Source of the DNA: a virus
Lineage: Duplodnaviria; Caudoviricetes
IMG/VR virus record: IMGVR_UViG_2595698455_000001
Location: 88,428 to 152,427 of that record
Reading direction: 5' to 3' (one strand)
DNA: 64,000 nucleotides
The first letter of the stretch is position 1. Every line of letters starts with the position of its first letter. The notes under the pieces are model-generated. The model had not been told where the DNA came from, searched no databases, and saw only the letters and a list, made by a program, of their open reading frames with translations. A program made the position numbers and the translations under genes. Below are positions 30,947 to 41,379 of this stretch, one piece after another.

Positions 30947-32593
30947 TCACCCCAATTTGTACCAGGACCAACTAGGACCAGCGCTATACACGAGTGTTAT
31001 GGTGTCCATTGGGAGTAATATTACGGTGCCGTTTGTTATACCGAGAGTACCCCCATTTCTGAGAATAGCACTAACAGTGCCACCCCCAATTGTAACGACA
31101 ACAACACGCCCCGTCGTGTTTGTGACTGAAGACCCGGATGCAGGTAATCCTGGTGTGGTGATATCCAATTGATCATTCTGGAATTTTACACCCACTGCAT
31201 TATTGGGATCTACCAACCCATCGACCTGAGAAACATTTGGATTGATTATCAAGAACCGGTTTGTTGAGCCAACTGGCGCTTGAGCCAAAAATTGTGTCCA
31301 CAAACTGAACTGACAACCGATAAATGTATGTCCGCCAGAAGTCGGCACTCCGTTATACAATGCGATGTTAATATTTTCAAAATCGCAACCGATAAAATTA
31401 TTCGTGAATGACACGCCATCAAGGAATGACACGCCATAGCTCGCATTTCCAAAACTACAAGACACATAGGTTGTAAACCCAACTTGTCGAACAACAAGCG
31501 CACGCCCCACATTAACACCAGTACCGGTTGCATAACAATTGGCGCGCACATTAATTAACGAGCATTGGACACCGTATTCTAAACTCAGGGCCACAACATT
31601 GTTATCACCAATGCTGCTGCTGTTTAGAAACGCCAAATCCTCAAGGCGTGCCACATTCAAAGGATCCACAAAATTAGTGTTCCCGATTTGACACAAGATC
31701 CCAGCGTGTGATGAACGAACACTCATCCCTTCCCAAACAAAATCATACCAATCTGCGGTCGACTTGATAATTAATTGAGTAACACCTGCAGCTGCGTTAG
31801 GAAACCTCAACTCTGTTCTGCTCACGCCCGCACCATATATTTTTATACCAGGCGCATCCATGTTTAATGTAACGGGGCTGGAGAAGTTATACACATGGGG
31901 AAGAAATTTTATTGGACGACCACTTGATAATGACTCGGTTAACACACGTTGTATTGCATTGTCATAAGTTGTTTCTCCAGAAAATAAATAATCGTCTATA
32001 ACGAGATCGGCGTGGTTATTAAGTTTTGTGGTGCTTATTTTAAGAGTAGATAAATCATTTTGCACGTTTCCATCCGCTGAACCGATAACACCAGCGCCTG
32101 CCGAACTGAACAAATTTTCTCTCAAAGAAGGATCATAAATTTTTATCCAAGTGGTAGGAGAAATACCACCACTTGCCTCTGGTGAAGAACCAAGAGGTAC
32201 AATTTTAGGGAATGTGCCACCCCATCGATATTTACCATCATCGTGGGTGAGTAATTCATTTTTTACGCCAAGTGTGCCACCAACTGTGAATGTGCCACCA
32301 ACTGTGACAAATTCACCACGCAAAACAGCCAGTGCCCCCAAATCGACAGTCCCCCCATTATGAGTGAGAATGGCATTTGTTAAGGAGATGAAGACGGAGT
32401 CGGAAGGTAAGTCGGAAGGTAAAGCATAAGAACGCTCTGTGTTCTTATCGTAGATTACTTTATACCCAGATAAAGATACGCCCGCTTTGGCATACAATAC
32501 CTCAGACTTCTTACACCCGAATTTGCGGGCGATGGAATCCTTGTTAGTCTCTTTTGAAACAGAACCTTTCGGCTGTGAGAATTGCGAGTTCAT
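30947..32593 (-). CDS. Tailspike with putative depolymerase (beta-helix) domain
   Basis: ViI-type head MNSQFSQPKGSVSKETNKDSIARKFG..YRWGGTFPK..; beta-helix-like body; AT-rich. Confidence 0.88.
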   Translation of the reverse strand: MNSQFSQPKGSVSKETNKDSIARKFGCKKSEVLYAKAGVSLSGYKVIYDKNTERSYALPSDLPSDSVFISLTNAILTHNGGTVDLGALAVLRGEFVTVGGTFTVGGTLGVKNELLTHDDGKYRWGGTFPKIVPLGSSPEASGGISPTTWIKIYDPSLRENLFSSAGAGVIGSADGNVQNDLSTLKISTTKLNNHADLVIDDYLFSGETTYDNAIQRVLTESLSSGRPIKFLPHVYNFSSPVTLNMDAPGIKIYGAGVSRTELRFPNAAAGVTQLIIKSTADWYDFVWEGMSVRSSHAGILCQIGNTNFVDPLNVARLEDLAFLNSSSIGDNNVVALSLEYGVQCSLINVRANCYATGTGVNVGRALVVRQVGFTTYVSCSFGNASYGVSFLDGVSFTNNFIGCDFENINIALYNGVPTSGGHTFIGCQFSLWTQFLAQAPVGSTNRFLIINPNVSQVDGLVDPNNAVGVKFQNDQLDITTPGLPASGSSVTNTTGRVVVVTIGGGTVSAILRNGGTLGITNGTVILLPMDTITLVYSAGPSWSWYKLG

Positions 32594-32647
32594 GAAGAAT
32601 CTCCTGTCGTTACTTATGAAGAATATATGTTTATGATGAAGAAAGAA

Positions 32648-33262
32648 CTAAACGGCGTATCTCAGCACCAATGCGATATTTTTACCAGAAATATCTGCAT
32701 TGGTGACGTCTGTGCCTGTTTGTGTGAGGAATCGAATCAAATTTTCTCCTCCTTTCACAACGGCAAGCCCAATAATGGAGTCGTTTAACACAGGACATAT
32801 TCCAGAATATGTAATCTCTGGAAGACCAATAGATGGAAGACCTGAAATTACGGCTAAACGCGTATCTGATGTTGTTGGGTATAGAACATTCAACCACACC
32901 GTGACAGTATTCCCATCGCGAATATATTTCTGAGCACCTATTGTGGTCAAAGTTGCCGAAAGGCCGGAGGCGTCCGCAGGCTCAAACACACCAACAGTCT
33001 GATCTTCTGGTGAAATGATCTTATCAAACAAACAATACACAACATCACCATTTCCAAGAGCATGGTCGAGATGGATGGAATTACCATCAATTTCATAATT
33101 GTTGACAGGGACTTGTACACCACCATTAATGGTGACAAACCCTGTCAGGGGAAAGAAGGGCAACGAGATTGACTCCTCTCCACCTGTTGCTGTATACGTG
33201 AAAGGAATCTGATGCGGAGCAGTGACTACGGCTCCAAATATACTTTCAATGTTTCTAGACAT
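32648..33262 (-). CDS. Short TSP2-like adaptor without catalytic domain
   Basis: N-terminus GAVVTAPHQIPFTYTATGGE..INGGVQ; only 204 aa. Confidence 0.75.
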   Translation of the reverse strand: MSRNIESIFGAVVTAPHQIPFTYTATGGEESISLPFFPLTGFVTINGGVQVPVNNYEIDGNSIHLDHALGNGDVVYCLFDKIISPEDQTVGVFEPADASGLSATLTTIGAQKYIRDGNTVTVWLNVLYPTTSDTRLAVISGLPSIGLPEITYSGICPVLNDSIIGLAVVKGGENLIRFLTQTGTDVTNADISGKNIALVLRYAV

Positions 33263-33312
33263 TTGTTTAATACCCCATAAAGGATCGCCAATATGGGGTA
33301 TTTAGTGAATAT

Positions 33313-34827
33313 TTACCGCCATGCCGTAATAACGACAGGAATATCACCGGTCCCACTGTCTACTATCTGTCCTGTGGTGGTATCGATTACTCGTACATTA
33401 AAGCCAGTGGATGAGTATGTATCTGCATAAACAACATATTTCCACGTGTTTGGTACAACACTCGCGTGAAAGTCTGATTGAATAATGACTTTACTCGCGA
33501 AGAAACCGATGTTTATGAAAATACCTGGGGTGATGTTTGTTATTCCAACATAATCTGGGGCAAACCCAGTATAGGGGATAAGGGAGACAACGACGTTACC
33601 TGGCACATAAGTCAGACTGGAGCCTGTAACATCACTGATTGTAGATCCCGTTGGGATACCAGAGGGAATTCTCCAATATTTCTGCGCAACCACATCGAAT
33701 AACACCGTCTTACTGTCAAGTTTGGCGGACCTATTGCTACTAAGAATCACCTGGGAAACGGGTACGTTCGCAGCTCGAGCAACTTCATTCGGAGTGTGAT
33801 CTATCTGGTTGTATAGTGTTGGGTCACCGTTAACAACAATTACCACCTCATCGCCCATGTCCAGCTCATGGGCTAACGTGATTACTTTGGTTGTAAATTC
33901 GTATTGAAATCCCAAATTCTTATGTTGGCGGACACCGTTTATGAATATTTCGGACACGTCTTCGGCATCTACATCTAGAGTAATGGTGGTTTCACCGCCA
34001 ATTGCGGAGCCAGAGTTATAAACCCATGTAATGACTGTCCCACTTCCAGAACCACTTCCAGAACCCAATTGAATGGGAACATACTGAATTATCTGGAGTT
34101 CTGAACCAGAAGAGATGGGCGGGCTGAAATCAACATTGAACCCATCCAGAGAATACTTGGATTCCGTCAGACGCTTGCCGTCAACATATACGTCAACAAT
34201 GGACGGTTGAGACGTCAGGGTGACTTGCGTAGTGTCAAATGAAACAGTTTCTGTAAAAATCATACGACTGTACACACGACCCTGGCCGAGACCGACACCT
34301 GCAGTCACAATCCACCCACGTACATCTCCGGACCAGGTAAATGTCGCAGAAACACTATCCGTGGACAATGTCATCGACTCAGTTGAACCGTACATTGGGT
34401 GGCCATTTGGATCGATGGTCAGAGGATATAGGGAGAACTTCCCGTACAAATCACAGACCGTAACAGAATCGCCAACGCGAGTAGGGGAAGGAAACACCAC
34501 CGTAGAGACGCCCGTGGAGTTGTCTACCAGATAGCCTTTCCCTTCAGCGAGAGTTGCCGTAGAGGCATGCGGAAGGGCTTCCCAGCGGATACCACCGCCA
34601 CCCAGCGGCAACCATCCACCATTTTCGTAGAAGCCCTCAAATTTGTCGGAGTCAGCATTATAGCGAATAGAAGACGGGAGGCCAGCGCTAGTATTACCCT
34701 CAGGCAAAGTCAGGACAGCATCCGGCCCGTGTTCAATCGTGCCTGTGTTGAGGATACCGGCCAAAGTAGACTGCTCTTCAGCCCCCAGGCCGAGAGGGAA
34801 AACAGGCTGTGTTGGTTTGTTAGCCAT
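33313..34827 (-). CDS. TSP4-like branching adaptor without catalytic domain
   Basis: MANKPTQPVFPLGL anchor, several XD-like domains, GSGSGSG linker; 504 aa. Confidence 0.8.
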   Translation of the reverse strand: MANKPTQPVFPLGLGAEEQSTLAGILNTGTIEHGPDAVLTLPEGNTSAGLPSSIRYNADSDKFEGFYENGGWLPLGGGGIRWEALPHASTATLAEGKGYLVDNSTGVSTVVFPSPTRVGDSVTVCDLYGKFSLYPLTIDPNGHPMYGSTESMTLSTDSVSATFTWSGDVRGWIVTAGVGLGQGRVYSRMIFTETVSFDTTQVTLTSQPSIVDVYVDGKRLTESKYSLDGFNVDFSPPISSGSELQIIQYVPIQLGSGSGSGSGTVITWVYNSGSAIGGETTITLDVDAEDVSEIFINGVRQHKNLGFQYEFTTKVITLAHELDMGDEVVIVVNGDPTLYNQIDHTPNEVARAANVPVSQVILSSNRSAKLDSKTVLFDVVAQKYWRIPSGIPTGSTISDVTGSSLTYVPGNVVVSLIPYTGFAPDYVGITNITPGIFINIGFFASKVIIQSDFHASVVPNTWKYVVYADTYSSTGFNVRVIDTTTGQIVDSGTGDIPVVITAWR

Positions 34828-34879
34828 TTCAAATACCCCTAAATGTGTTCATGTCATCTAGGGGTATTTAGTTTTCACT

Positions 34880-36091
34880 TTAGAAAGAAGCGACCAGATT
34901 GTAGTCAACGGAGCAAGCTGTCGTCGTGTTCGCATTGGTTATCGTCAGACGAAGTTTTGAAGACACTACAGAACCTGCGAATGTCACCGTACCGGAAGTG
35001 GACTTCTGCACCAGCAACTCTGACTTGATAGTCCCGTCGCGAGTGATTGTCACGCGATACGTGTCCACGACGTTTCCCGTACCCCATTGTGCGCTGATCA
35101 ACACCTGGCAAAGGTTCACCAAGTCGAAGTCCGGCAATGCAGAGTTACCCGAAGCGGCGACAATGATACTGCTTGGGTTGGTCTTCCCAATCTTTACACG
35201 GGCAGCAATATCCGCGTCCAGACTCGTCATTTTGGCATTGTAGGTCGCTGTGTTGACCTTCCCTGCCAGAGTGGTGTTGATCGTACTGATATCGCCCTGA
35301 ATGCTGCTAATAGAACTATCAAGTGAGGTCATCTTCGTATTGTACGTGCTGACGTTGACTTTGTTGTTTGTCAGATCTAAGATGCTGGCGTCCAGGCTTG
35401 ACATCTTCGTGTTGTAAACAGAGGTGTTGACCTTCGATGCCAAAGTGTTGTTCACAGTATTGAACTGTGTCTGTACATCCGACATATCGGCGTCGTAATC
35501 AACAATCTTCAGATAAGCGTTGAAACGCACATCATTGAAGATAGAAGTCACAAACACAGACGTGTCGTATTTCACAGTGCCTGCCCCGCTCACCATGAGA
35601 AGAGTCGACGGGACACCAGAACCAGAGTACGTAGTAAGGTTGGTCCCATCGAAGGCGAGGGAATTGTAACCGTTGGGTAGTAGTTGGATCTTCAGACCAG
35701 AATTCACTCCAGCAGTGTCCTCACTCACCCCATGTTTGCGGAGCATGGAGAGGTTAACGCCATCAGTCGATGAAGTTGGCTCATCCGTGATGGACAGTTT
35801 CTTTCCAGCCGGAACGGTCAGGCCGCCATTGGCAGTCAGTAACGCAGCAAAAGTCTTGCTCCCGTTGATCGTTTGTTCACCACCGTCGGTACGGATCACT
35901 TTGTTATTCAGCGTGTCGTAGATATCATCCACAGAACGCTTCAGCTCATACGTCAGATGAGCAGACGGAGGGAACAACGGGTCATCAACGGCGAAATCGT
36001 TGATAACATCGTTCTTGCTTACTTTGCCGTCAACAGAACCAAGAATTGCATCAATCTGCTGACCTGTATATTGACTCAGGAAATCGGCCAT
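34880..36091 (-). CDS. Baseplate / tail-associated structural protein with coiled repeats
   Basis: Three KVNxxxYNxKMxSLD repeats; upstream of the TSP cluster. Confidence 0.75.
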   Translation of the reverse strand: MADFLSQYTGQQIDAILGSVDGKVSKNDVINDFAVDDPLFPPSAHLTYELKRSVDDIYDTLNNKVIRTDGGEQTINGSKTFAALLTANGGLTVPAGKKLSITDEPTSSTDGVNLSMLRKHGVSEDTAGVNSGLKIQLLPNGYNSLAFDGTNLTTYSGSGVPSTLLMVSGAGTVKYDTSVFVTSIFNDVRFNAYLKIVDYDADMSDVQTQFNTVNNTLASKVNTSVYNTKMSSLDASILDLTNNKVNVSTYNTKMTSLDSSISSIQGDISTINTTLAGKVNTATYNAKMTSLDADIAARVKIGKTNPSSIIVAASGNSALPDFDLVNLCQVLISAQWGTGNVVDTYRVTITRDGTIKSELLVQKSTSGTVTFAGSVVSSKLRLTITNANTTTACSVDYNLVASF

Positions 36092-36093
36092 TT

Positions 36094-36948
36094 TTAACTC
36101 CTCGAACTTTCCAGGAATACGGTAAACCCAGCAGGATGGAAATGCTGACGGAAGACGCGCTCAAACACGCCCTCAAAATCAGATACGTCGCCAGGGACTC
36201 TTATCACGTAAGTGAATTCATCATAGTAATAGTCATCGCGCATTCCAGTTGCGCCATCACATTCAAAGTTATCATCCAGGCCGCCGATCTCTTCCTTTGG
36301 ATAGTATACAGACACAGGACATCCAAAGTAAATCCAGAAGAACAGTTCGATAGCTTTCTTTGTGCCACGAATACGATATATGTGCTTGAGCAATTTCAAC
36401 CAGCGCACATGGTCCAGAGTTCGGCGTCGGATCCCCGCCACAAACACAGAGAACGTGTCGCCGTCTGAAGTCACCAAAGAGTCTGATCCATTAGGCACGA
36501 AGTGGCCAAACTCAAGGAAGTTCTTATCCACCGTTCTTTGGAAACCGAAATCATCATACCAGTCGTCGATGCGTTCATTCTTGTCTTCCATGGACAACAA
36601 AGGCCGACCATCAACATCCAAGAGATCCTCAGCATCCAGCGCCATCATCTCTTCAAACGTGCGCGACAGGAACTTGTCTTCCAGGAAGTCTTTGGCCTCA
36701 GTGCCAGGAGTCTTCCGCTTCTTGATGTCGATCAGCTGTACGAGAGGTGAATCTTCGGTATTCGGATTCACCCAAGCCTCTGGGTCTGCAAGGTAAGACA
36801 AGATCTCTTCTTCAGTGAACCCCTGTTGGCGATACAGCCAATTGAAGAACGTGTCCATGAACTCAATGAACGCAGGGAATTCGTTCTGGTAGAACAACGG
36901 GGTTTCATACTTCACCCCATTGTGTCCGTTATTAAGATCTTTGGACAT
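36094..36948 (-). CDS. gp7: Baseplate wedge, gp7-like
   Basis: YRIRGTKKAIELFF, HPAGF. Confidence 0.8.
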   Translation of the reverse strand: MSKDLNNGHNGVKYETPLFYQNEFPAFIEFMDTFFNWLYRQQGFTEEEILSYLADPEAWVNPNTEDSPLVQLIDIKKRKTPGTEAKDFLEDKFLSRTFEEMMALDAEDLLDVDGRPLLSMEDKNERIDDWYDDFGFQRTVDKNFLEFGHFVPNGSDSLVTSDGDTFSVFVAGIRRRTLDHVRWLKLLKHIYRIRGTKKAIELFFWIYFGCPVSVYYPKEEIGGLDDNFECDGATGMRDDYYYDEFTYVIRVPGDVSDFEGVFERVFRQHFHPAGFTVFLESSRS

Positions 36949-38710
36949 AACGCACCTCCGGCAGGACAGTTACTGCGCCAATGCGCAATACCTGGTTCTG
37001 CACCGCCTGCAGGTTCTGATTCAGACCATCAGGTGACACCACGATAGTCACACCCTCGGCATTGTAGTTTGAGACAGTGATCTGTTGTAATTCCACCACG
37101 CCATTCACATAATCCACAGTACCAACCGCCTGCACCAGATACTCTTTCGTCGTATCTGTTGTGCTGACCTTGTACATATTCAACACACCACTGACGTCTC
37201 GTATGTAGTATGTGAAATCCACCTCAGCCGGAAGCGGCTTGAAACCACTGATGCGCACAGAACCAGCGGCGATAGACCTGTCAAAGTCAAACGTGAAACT
37301 GTCTAGAACCCCATAGTCCGGCTTGAAATGGCGCTTGTACTTCACGGATGCGATGTTGGACGCAATAGAACGGTCCATCTTTGTGATGGCTTCTTGCAGC
37401 TGCTCTTTATCGAACAACTCTTCGAACCCTTCAAGGTTAGATGCACCCCAATTGACAACACCGCTTGAAACAACGACCTTGAGTTGTTCTTCATTGAACG
37501 CAGTGGATGTCGGATCCCAGAACACGGTTGTGGTCACATCGATGTAAGTGATGTCAGCATCGACAATCTTTGGCGTGATGGTCCCAACGTTATACTTGTC
37601 TAACGTCGCCACGATATCTGCCTTCTCAGCGTCCGAAAGCGTCTCGCCAGTAGTAGGGATGACAGCAATGTACACGTATCCGGAGTCGGGAGGAGAGAGC
37701 GTATCTCCGCCATATGCCTTAGCACGTGACACATTAGAGAACAGACGCTCTGTCAGTACAGCATAATCCATCTCAGCAACAGCCGCGCCCTCAGCCTGGT
37801 ACGCCAGTGGTGCAAGGCGCTTCGTGTCTTCAATGCTTTCTGGGGCGGCACCGCCTGATGAGCGCTCTGACACCAGTTCAACGTCCACGAGGTTGAAGCC
37901 ACCGATAGATGAAGCAGAAGACAAAGAGGTGATGTCGTTGCCATCTTCACCAGATGTCTCTAGATACTGCAGATAGACGACGTTTCCGTCTTCGACGCGT
38001 TTGCATATGTACCCATCACCGAATTCAAAGGTGTACATCCCATCCAGACCAAGTTCCACAAAGTAGAGCTGGGCGTATTGGCTCAGGTCGAACGGACTGA
38101 CATAACGGGAATATGTGCTAGTCTCATCTGCTGTGTCAGAGGCCGCTACCTGTACCACCATATGGTTGATGTCAACAGTTGAAGACGGGATCACATAGGA
38201 AGAGATCGCGCTACCCTCAACATCATATGATTTGTACAGCCAGTTGCCCTGAACGAGCTTCAGGTTTTCAAATTTGTAGGAACCATCAACCAGCGTCGCA
38301 CTAACAGGAGTGTCTACAGTGAAGTTGTAGGACTTGCCGTCCTTCGCTCCAATGAACATCGCCCGACGATCTATCACGATGGTATCGGGGGCTGTGCTGG
38401 CGTCGTATGGAGTGACTGTCACGTTGGCGTACAGGAATGATGCCTTGTAGTTGTCAGGGGTATACGAAAGGAACCCCGCCGCGAGGCCGACGTTGGATCG
38501 CTGTTGTGCCGAATGAAGGTGGCTCTCACCATTCAGCATGTTTTGCATGTACCCGACGGCGTTGGCATCCGAGGCCAAGATACGAATGATAGCACTGAGG
38601 CCGGAACCTTCGAAGTTGTAATCTTTGAAGGTCGGGTCTGCTTTCATTCGCTTCTTGAGAAGGAACTCGAAAGTCCTGACGTCGAGTGAGGGAACTGTTT
38701 GTGTAGCCAT
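36932..38710 (-). CDS. gp6: Baseplate wedge protein
   Basis: FKDYNFEGSGL, FGDG, GGAAPESIE, GTVDYVNG. Confidence 0.93.
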   Translation of the reverse strand: MATQTVPSLDVRTFEFLLKKRMKADPTFKDYNFEGSGLSAIIRILASDANAVGYMQNMLNGESHLHSAQQRSNVGLAAGFLSYTPDNYKASFLYANVTVTPYDASTAPDTIVIDRRAMFIGAKDGKSYNFTVDTPVSATLVDGSYKFENLKLVQGNWLYKSYDVEGSAISSYVIPSSTVDINHMVVQVAASDTADETSTYSRYVSPFDLSQYAQLYFVELGLDGMYTFEFGDGYICKRVEDGNVVYLQYLETSGEDGNDITSLSSASSIGGFNLVDVELVSERSSGGAAPESIEDTKRLAPLAYQAEGAAVAEMDYAVLTERLFSNVSRAKAYGGDTLSPPDSGYVYIAVIPTTGETLSDAEKADIVATLDKYNVGTITPKIVDADITYIDVTTTVFWDPTSTAFNEEQLKVVVSSGVVNWGASNLEGFEELFDKEQLQEAITKMDRSIASNIASVKYKRHFKPDYGVLDSFTFDFDRSIAAGSVRISGFKPLPAEVDFTYYIRDVSGVLNMYKVSTTDTTKEYLVQAVGTVDYVNGVVELQQITVSNYNAEGVTIVVSPDGLNQNLQAVQNQVLRIGAVTVLPEVRYVQRS

Positions 38711-39042
38711 GTTAATCTCCATCACCTGAGCTTGAATATGGTGTTGAAGATATTTAGCCGGAGCGGATTGAAATGGCTTCCTCGCGCTCGCGATATATCG
38801 ATTATATTAACCTACTCGCTTCGCTCGTAACACCGCCTTGACAGGCAGTCCCATTCCGCAGCCATGGAGGCTGCTTTTCGTTGTTCGTTAACACTCACAA
38901 CTCAAAGGGCACAACAATACGATACAGTTTGTTGGGGGTGTAGAAAAGTAGTTTTTACCTATCAATTAAGCACGCTGGATATTATTTTCAATAATAGTGA
39001 AATATGCTATGTTAGCATTTATTTGATAGTGGGAAATATATT

Positions 39043-39318
39043 ATGAACAACACATTACTAATCAAGAACGTGAAATCTCTTCTGTTAACTGAGAGATTAC
39101 CCAACTTTAGTGGTTCTTCTCAATCTTTGTTCGATCACGGGTTTCTTGTTAAGGAATATGAATACGATGACGAACAAGTACGTTTTGAATGGGCTGCGTT
39201 TTACCATCCCATTTTAAATATAAGCGTTAAACTCATCCCCAATAAATTTTTTGGGTGCAGATTTTCCGATATAGAAGATCCTGACAAACTACTAAGCGAG
39301 CAGCCTCATGCACATTAA
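39043..39318 (+). CDS. Hypothetical protein
   Basis: ORF after a TTCAAT-type promoter. Confidence 0.55.
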   Translation: MNNTLLIKNVKSLLLTERLPNFSGSSQSLFDHGFLVKEYEYDDEQVRFEWAAFYHPILNISVKLIPNKFFGCRFSDIEDPDKLLSEQPHAH

Positions 39319-39880
39319 CACTGCTGTCACCAAACACATCATTCCTTTATTAGAAAAATATGAAGGGAAGAAATTAAACGATATTCCGTTCCAACAGATA
39401 GCGGAAGAAATTAAACGGCTGACAAAGAAAGAAGCCAATTTCCACCGTGTTCTTTCATCTGGGGTTGAACTCGCGAAATCGGATCTTCGTAATGCTTCCA
39501 CGTTCTCTTTCAACATTGTCGCAACTTCGAATTTGGTGTCCGAGTTAACTCGATCATCACAAGTCCGTCGTGATCGTTTCCGCCATTTATGTGTACCAAA
39601 CAATAATGAGGTAACGCGTGTTGGTATCAAACTGGAAGCAATACGCTCTGAAGTATGCTTCACAGTGAATTATATTCTGGAGCCGGAAACCCAACATGTT
39701 TATTTCGCGGCCGTCATTGGTTTCTACGGCACCTCAATCAATGGCTGGGCCGACCGGGTTGAATTAAAAGAGACGCTGAACAAACATAGCACCCCTTCCA
39801 CCCATTATATGTCACGCGAAGCCGCGCTCGAATATGTGTATCTACTCGAGCGCGATGTGAAGTTAAAAGTGTTTAAATAA
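39308..39880 (+). CDS. Hypothetical protein
   Basis: 190-aa ORF. Confidence 0.7.
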   Translation: MHINTAVTKHIIPLLEKYEGKKLNDIPFQQIAEEIKRLTKKEANFHRVLSSGVELAKSDLRNASTFSFNIVATSNLVSELTRSSQVRRDRFRHLCVPNNNEVTRVGIKLEAIRSEVCFTVNYILEPETQHVYFAAVIGFYGTSINGWADRVELKETLNKHSTPSTHYMSREAALEYVYLLERDVKLKVFK

Positions 39881-39993
39881 CGCTTTTGTCAATAAAGAAT
39901 CGTAGTAAATTTGTATGCACGGGGGGGTTATCCTAGTCTCGTAAGGTGATGCTCCTAACATTCAACAACTATCTTAACTAAGAGGACACAAAT

Positions 39994-40152
39994 ATGAAAA
40001 CTAAGAAATTGGTACTCAAACAAAAAACTGGTATGACTGCTTTTCCAGTAATTAAGCACATGCAGACCACTAACGTTTGCCCAACTTGCGGGCGGAGAGA
40101 CAACGACGGTGGCCCTATGTGTATGAAGACTTTTTGTGATGGGGGTAATTGA
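39994..40152 (+). CDS. Small Cys-containing protein (52 aa)
   Basis: Manual ORF, GAGGA RBS; CPTC..C...C. Confidence 0.5.
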   Translation: MKTKKLVLKQKTGMTAFPVIKHMQTTNVCPTCGRRDNDGGPMCMKTFCDGGN

Positions 40153-40302
40153 TCAAACAACACAGAAATAGAGATTTGGGAGAAATCCCATTGTGGAGGT
40201 TATGAATTAACTTGATTCATTATCTCACTATTTCTTGCCGGAAATAAGTATGATCAACGAGGAGAGGGCACGGTCTGTACCCTCTCCAAAATTTAAAGTT
40301 TT

Positions 40303-40328
40303 GTCAATAAATGGTAACAAAGTATAGT
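40303..40328 (+). promoter_or_regulatory. TCAAT-N14-TATAxT promoter ahead of the RNA island
   Basis: GTCAAT 40303-08, TATAGT 40323-28. Confidence 0.6.
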
Positions 40329-40334
40329 TAACCC

Positions 40335-41067
40335 ACTGAACGAAAGCTGTTAGGGTACTTGACAAACACTTGAGATTGAAGTTGTATATGATATATACCA
40401 GTTCAATTTTGTAACGCTCTCCACCCCAACAACGGTTTCCGTGGGCAGGGTGTGTTATCCGAAGGCATAGAGAGTCAATGCCGAGGCCGTCCGATGGCGC
40501 GTAAACGGGGTTAACCTGATCCCTCGATAAACCACGGATAAAACAGTGTCGTTACCTCGGCGTTAAGAGGAGCCTGGGTGAAGTGTTACTCTACGTTGGC
40601 GGGGCTATCAACCCCAATCTTGCCTCCGAGTGATACCAACCAAGCCTAGTTTGGTCCGAGCGTTAGAGGACAAGTAACTGAGAATAACCAGTTGCGAGTT
40701 GCAGCTTCGGTTGCAACTTTGATGGACTTGGAAACAGGTTTATGAAAGTTGTATCCAACCCGATCTTGCAAGCCCGTATCCCTGTATGGTCAAGACTTGC
40801 AAGTGGAAAGCCCTGGAAAAATAAACGCCTGTTGTGAGGCTATAGTGCGAGCCAATGACCAACAGAAGCGCGTTGCCGTGAGGCGCACAAAGAGGCCTGC
40901 ATGAACTGATCATGCACAAACGGGATAGAGGGTTGACAGTCCTTGGTTGGATGCACAATAGATTATGGGGCGATAGTTTAAGGGATAGCCGTCCGGACGG
41001 TAATTCCCCAGAGAGAACAGCTGGAGGCCAATCCAGCAGGTGAGGTGAAAAGCCTCAGACCCCGCCA
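40335..41067 (+). ncRNA. Large structured non-coding RNA, family unassigned; 5' end estimated from the promoter
   Basis: No credible ORF; many stems, cUUCGg and GAAA tetraloops, long-range pairs, ends GCCA. Confidence 0.7.
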
Positions 41068-41072
41068 ATTCA

Positions 41073-41261
41073 GTTCCCGTTGTATGGCAGTATCTCTGAA
41101 GCTCTTTCACCCGTGCAGATTGAGGCTGTAAGGTTAAATGAAGAGATAGGCTTGGATACAGGCGAACGTGAAGGTAGACATCTGAGTACCGGACTGCACG
41201 GACTGGGGAAGGTTGTTGAGAATAACGGAAGTTGGGGGTTCGACTCCCTCAGGGAACGCCA
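41073..41261 (+). ncRNA. 189-nt tRNA-like RNA
   Basis: GTTCCC/GGGAAC+GCCA acceptor, GGGGG-TTCGACT-CCCTC T-arm, oversized core. Confidence 0.75.
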
Positions 41262-41379
41262 AATATTGTTGGACTGCCAACATGCTCTGGTCTACGGCAG
41301 GCGAGATGGGATCGCGGGATTGAAATACCGCCTCGGGAGCACCTAAATAAACCAGTTGTTCAATAAACAATTGGTGAGT

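Noticed and set aside
40598-41067. tmRNA call (GGGGCT...CCCCGCCA)
   Set aside because: No G3:U70 pair, no TTCRA T-loop, no recognisable tag reading frame
41283-41344. Additional tRNA-like unit (TGCTC..GAGCA-CCT)
   Set aside because: Short stem, no CCA and a non-canonical loop; too weak to call
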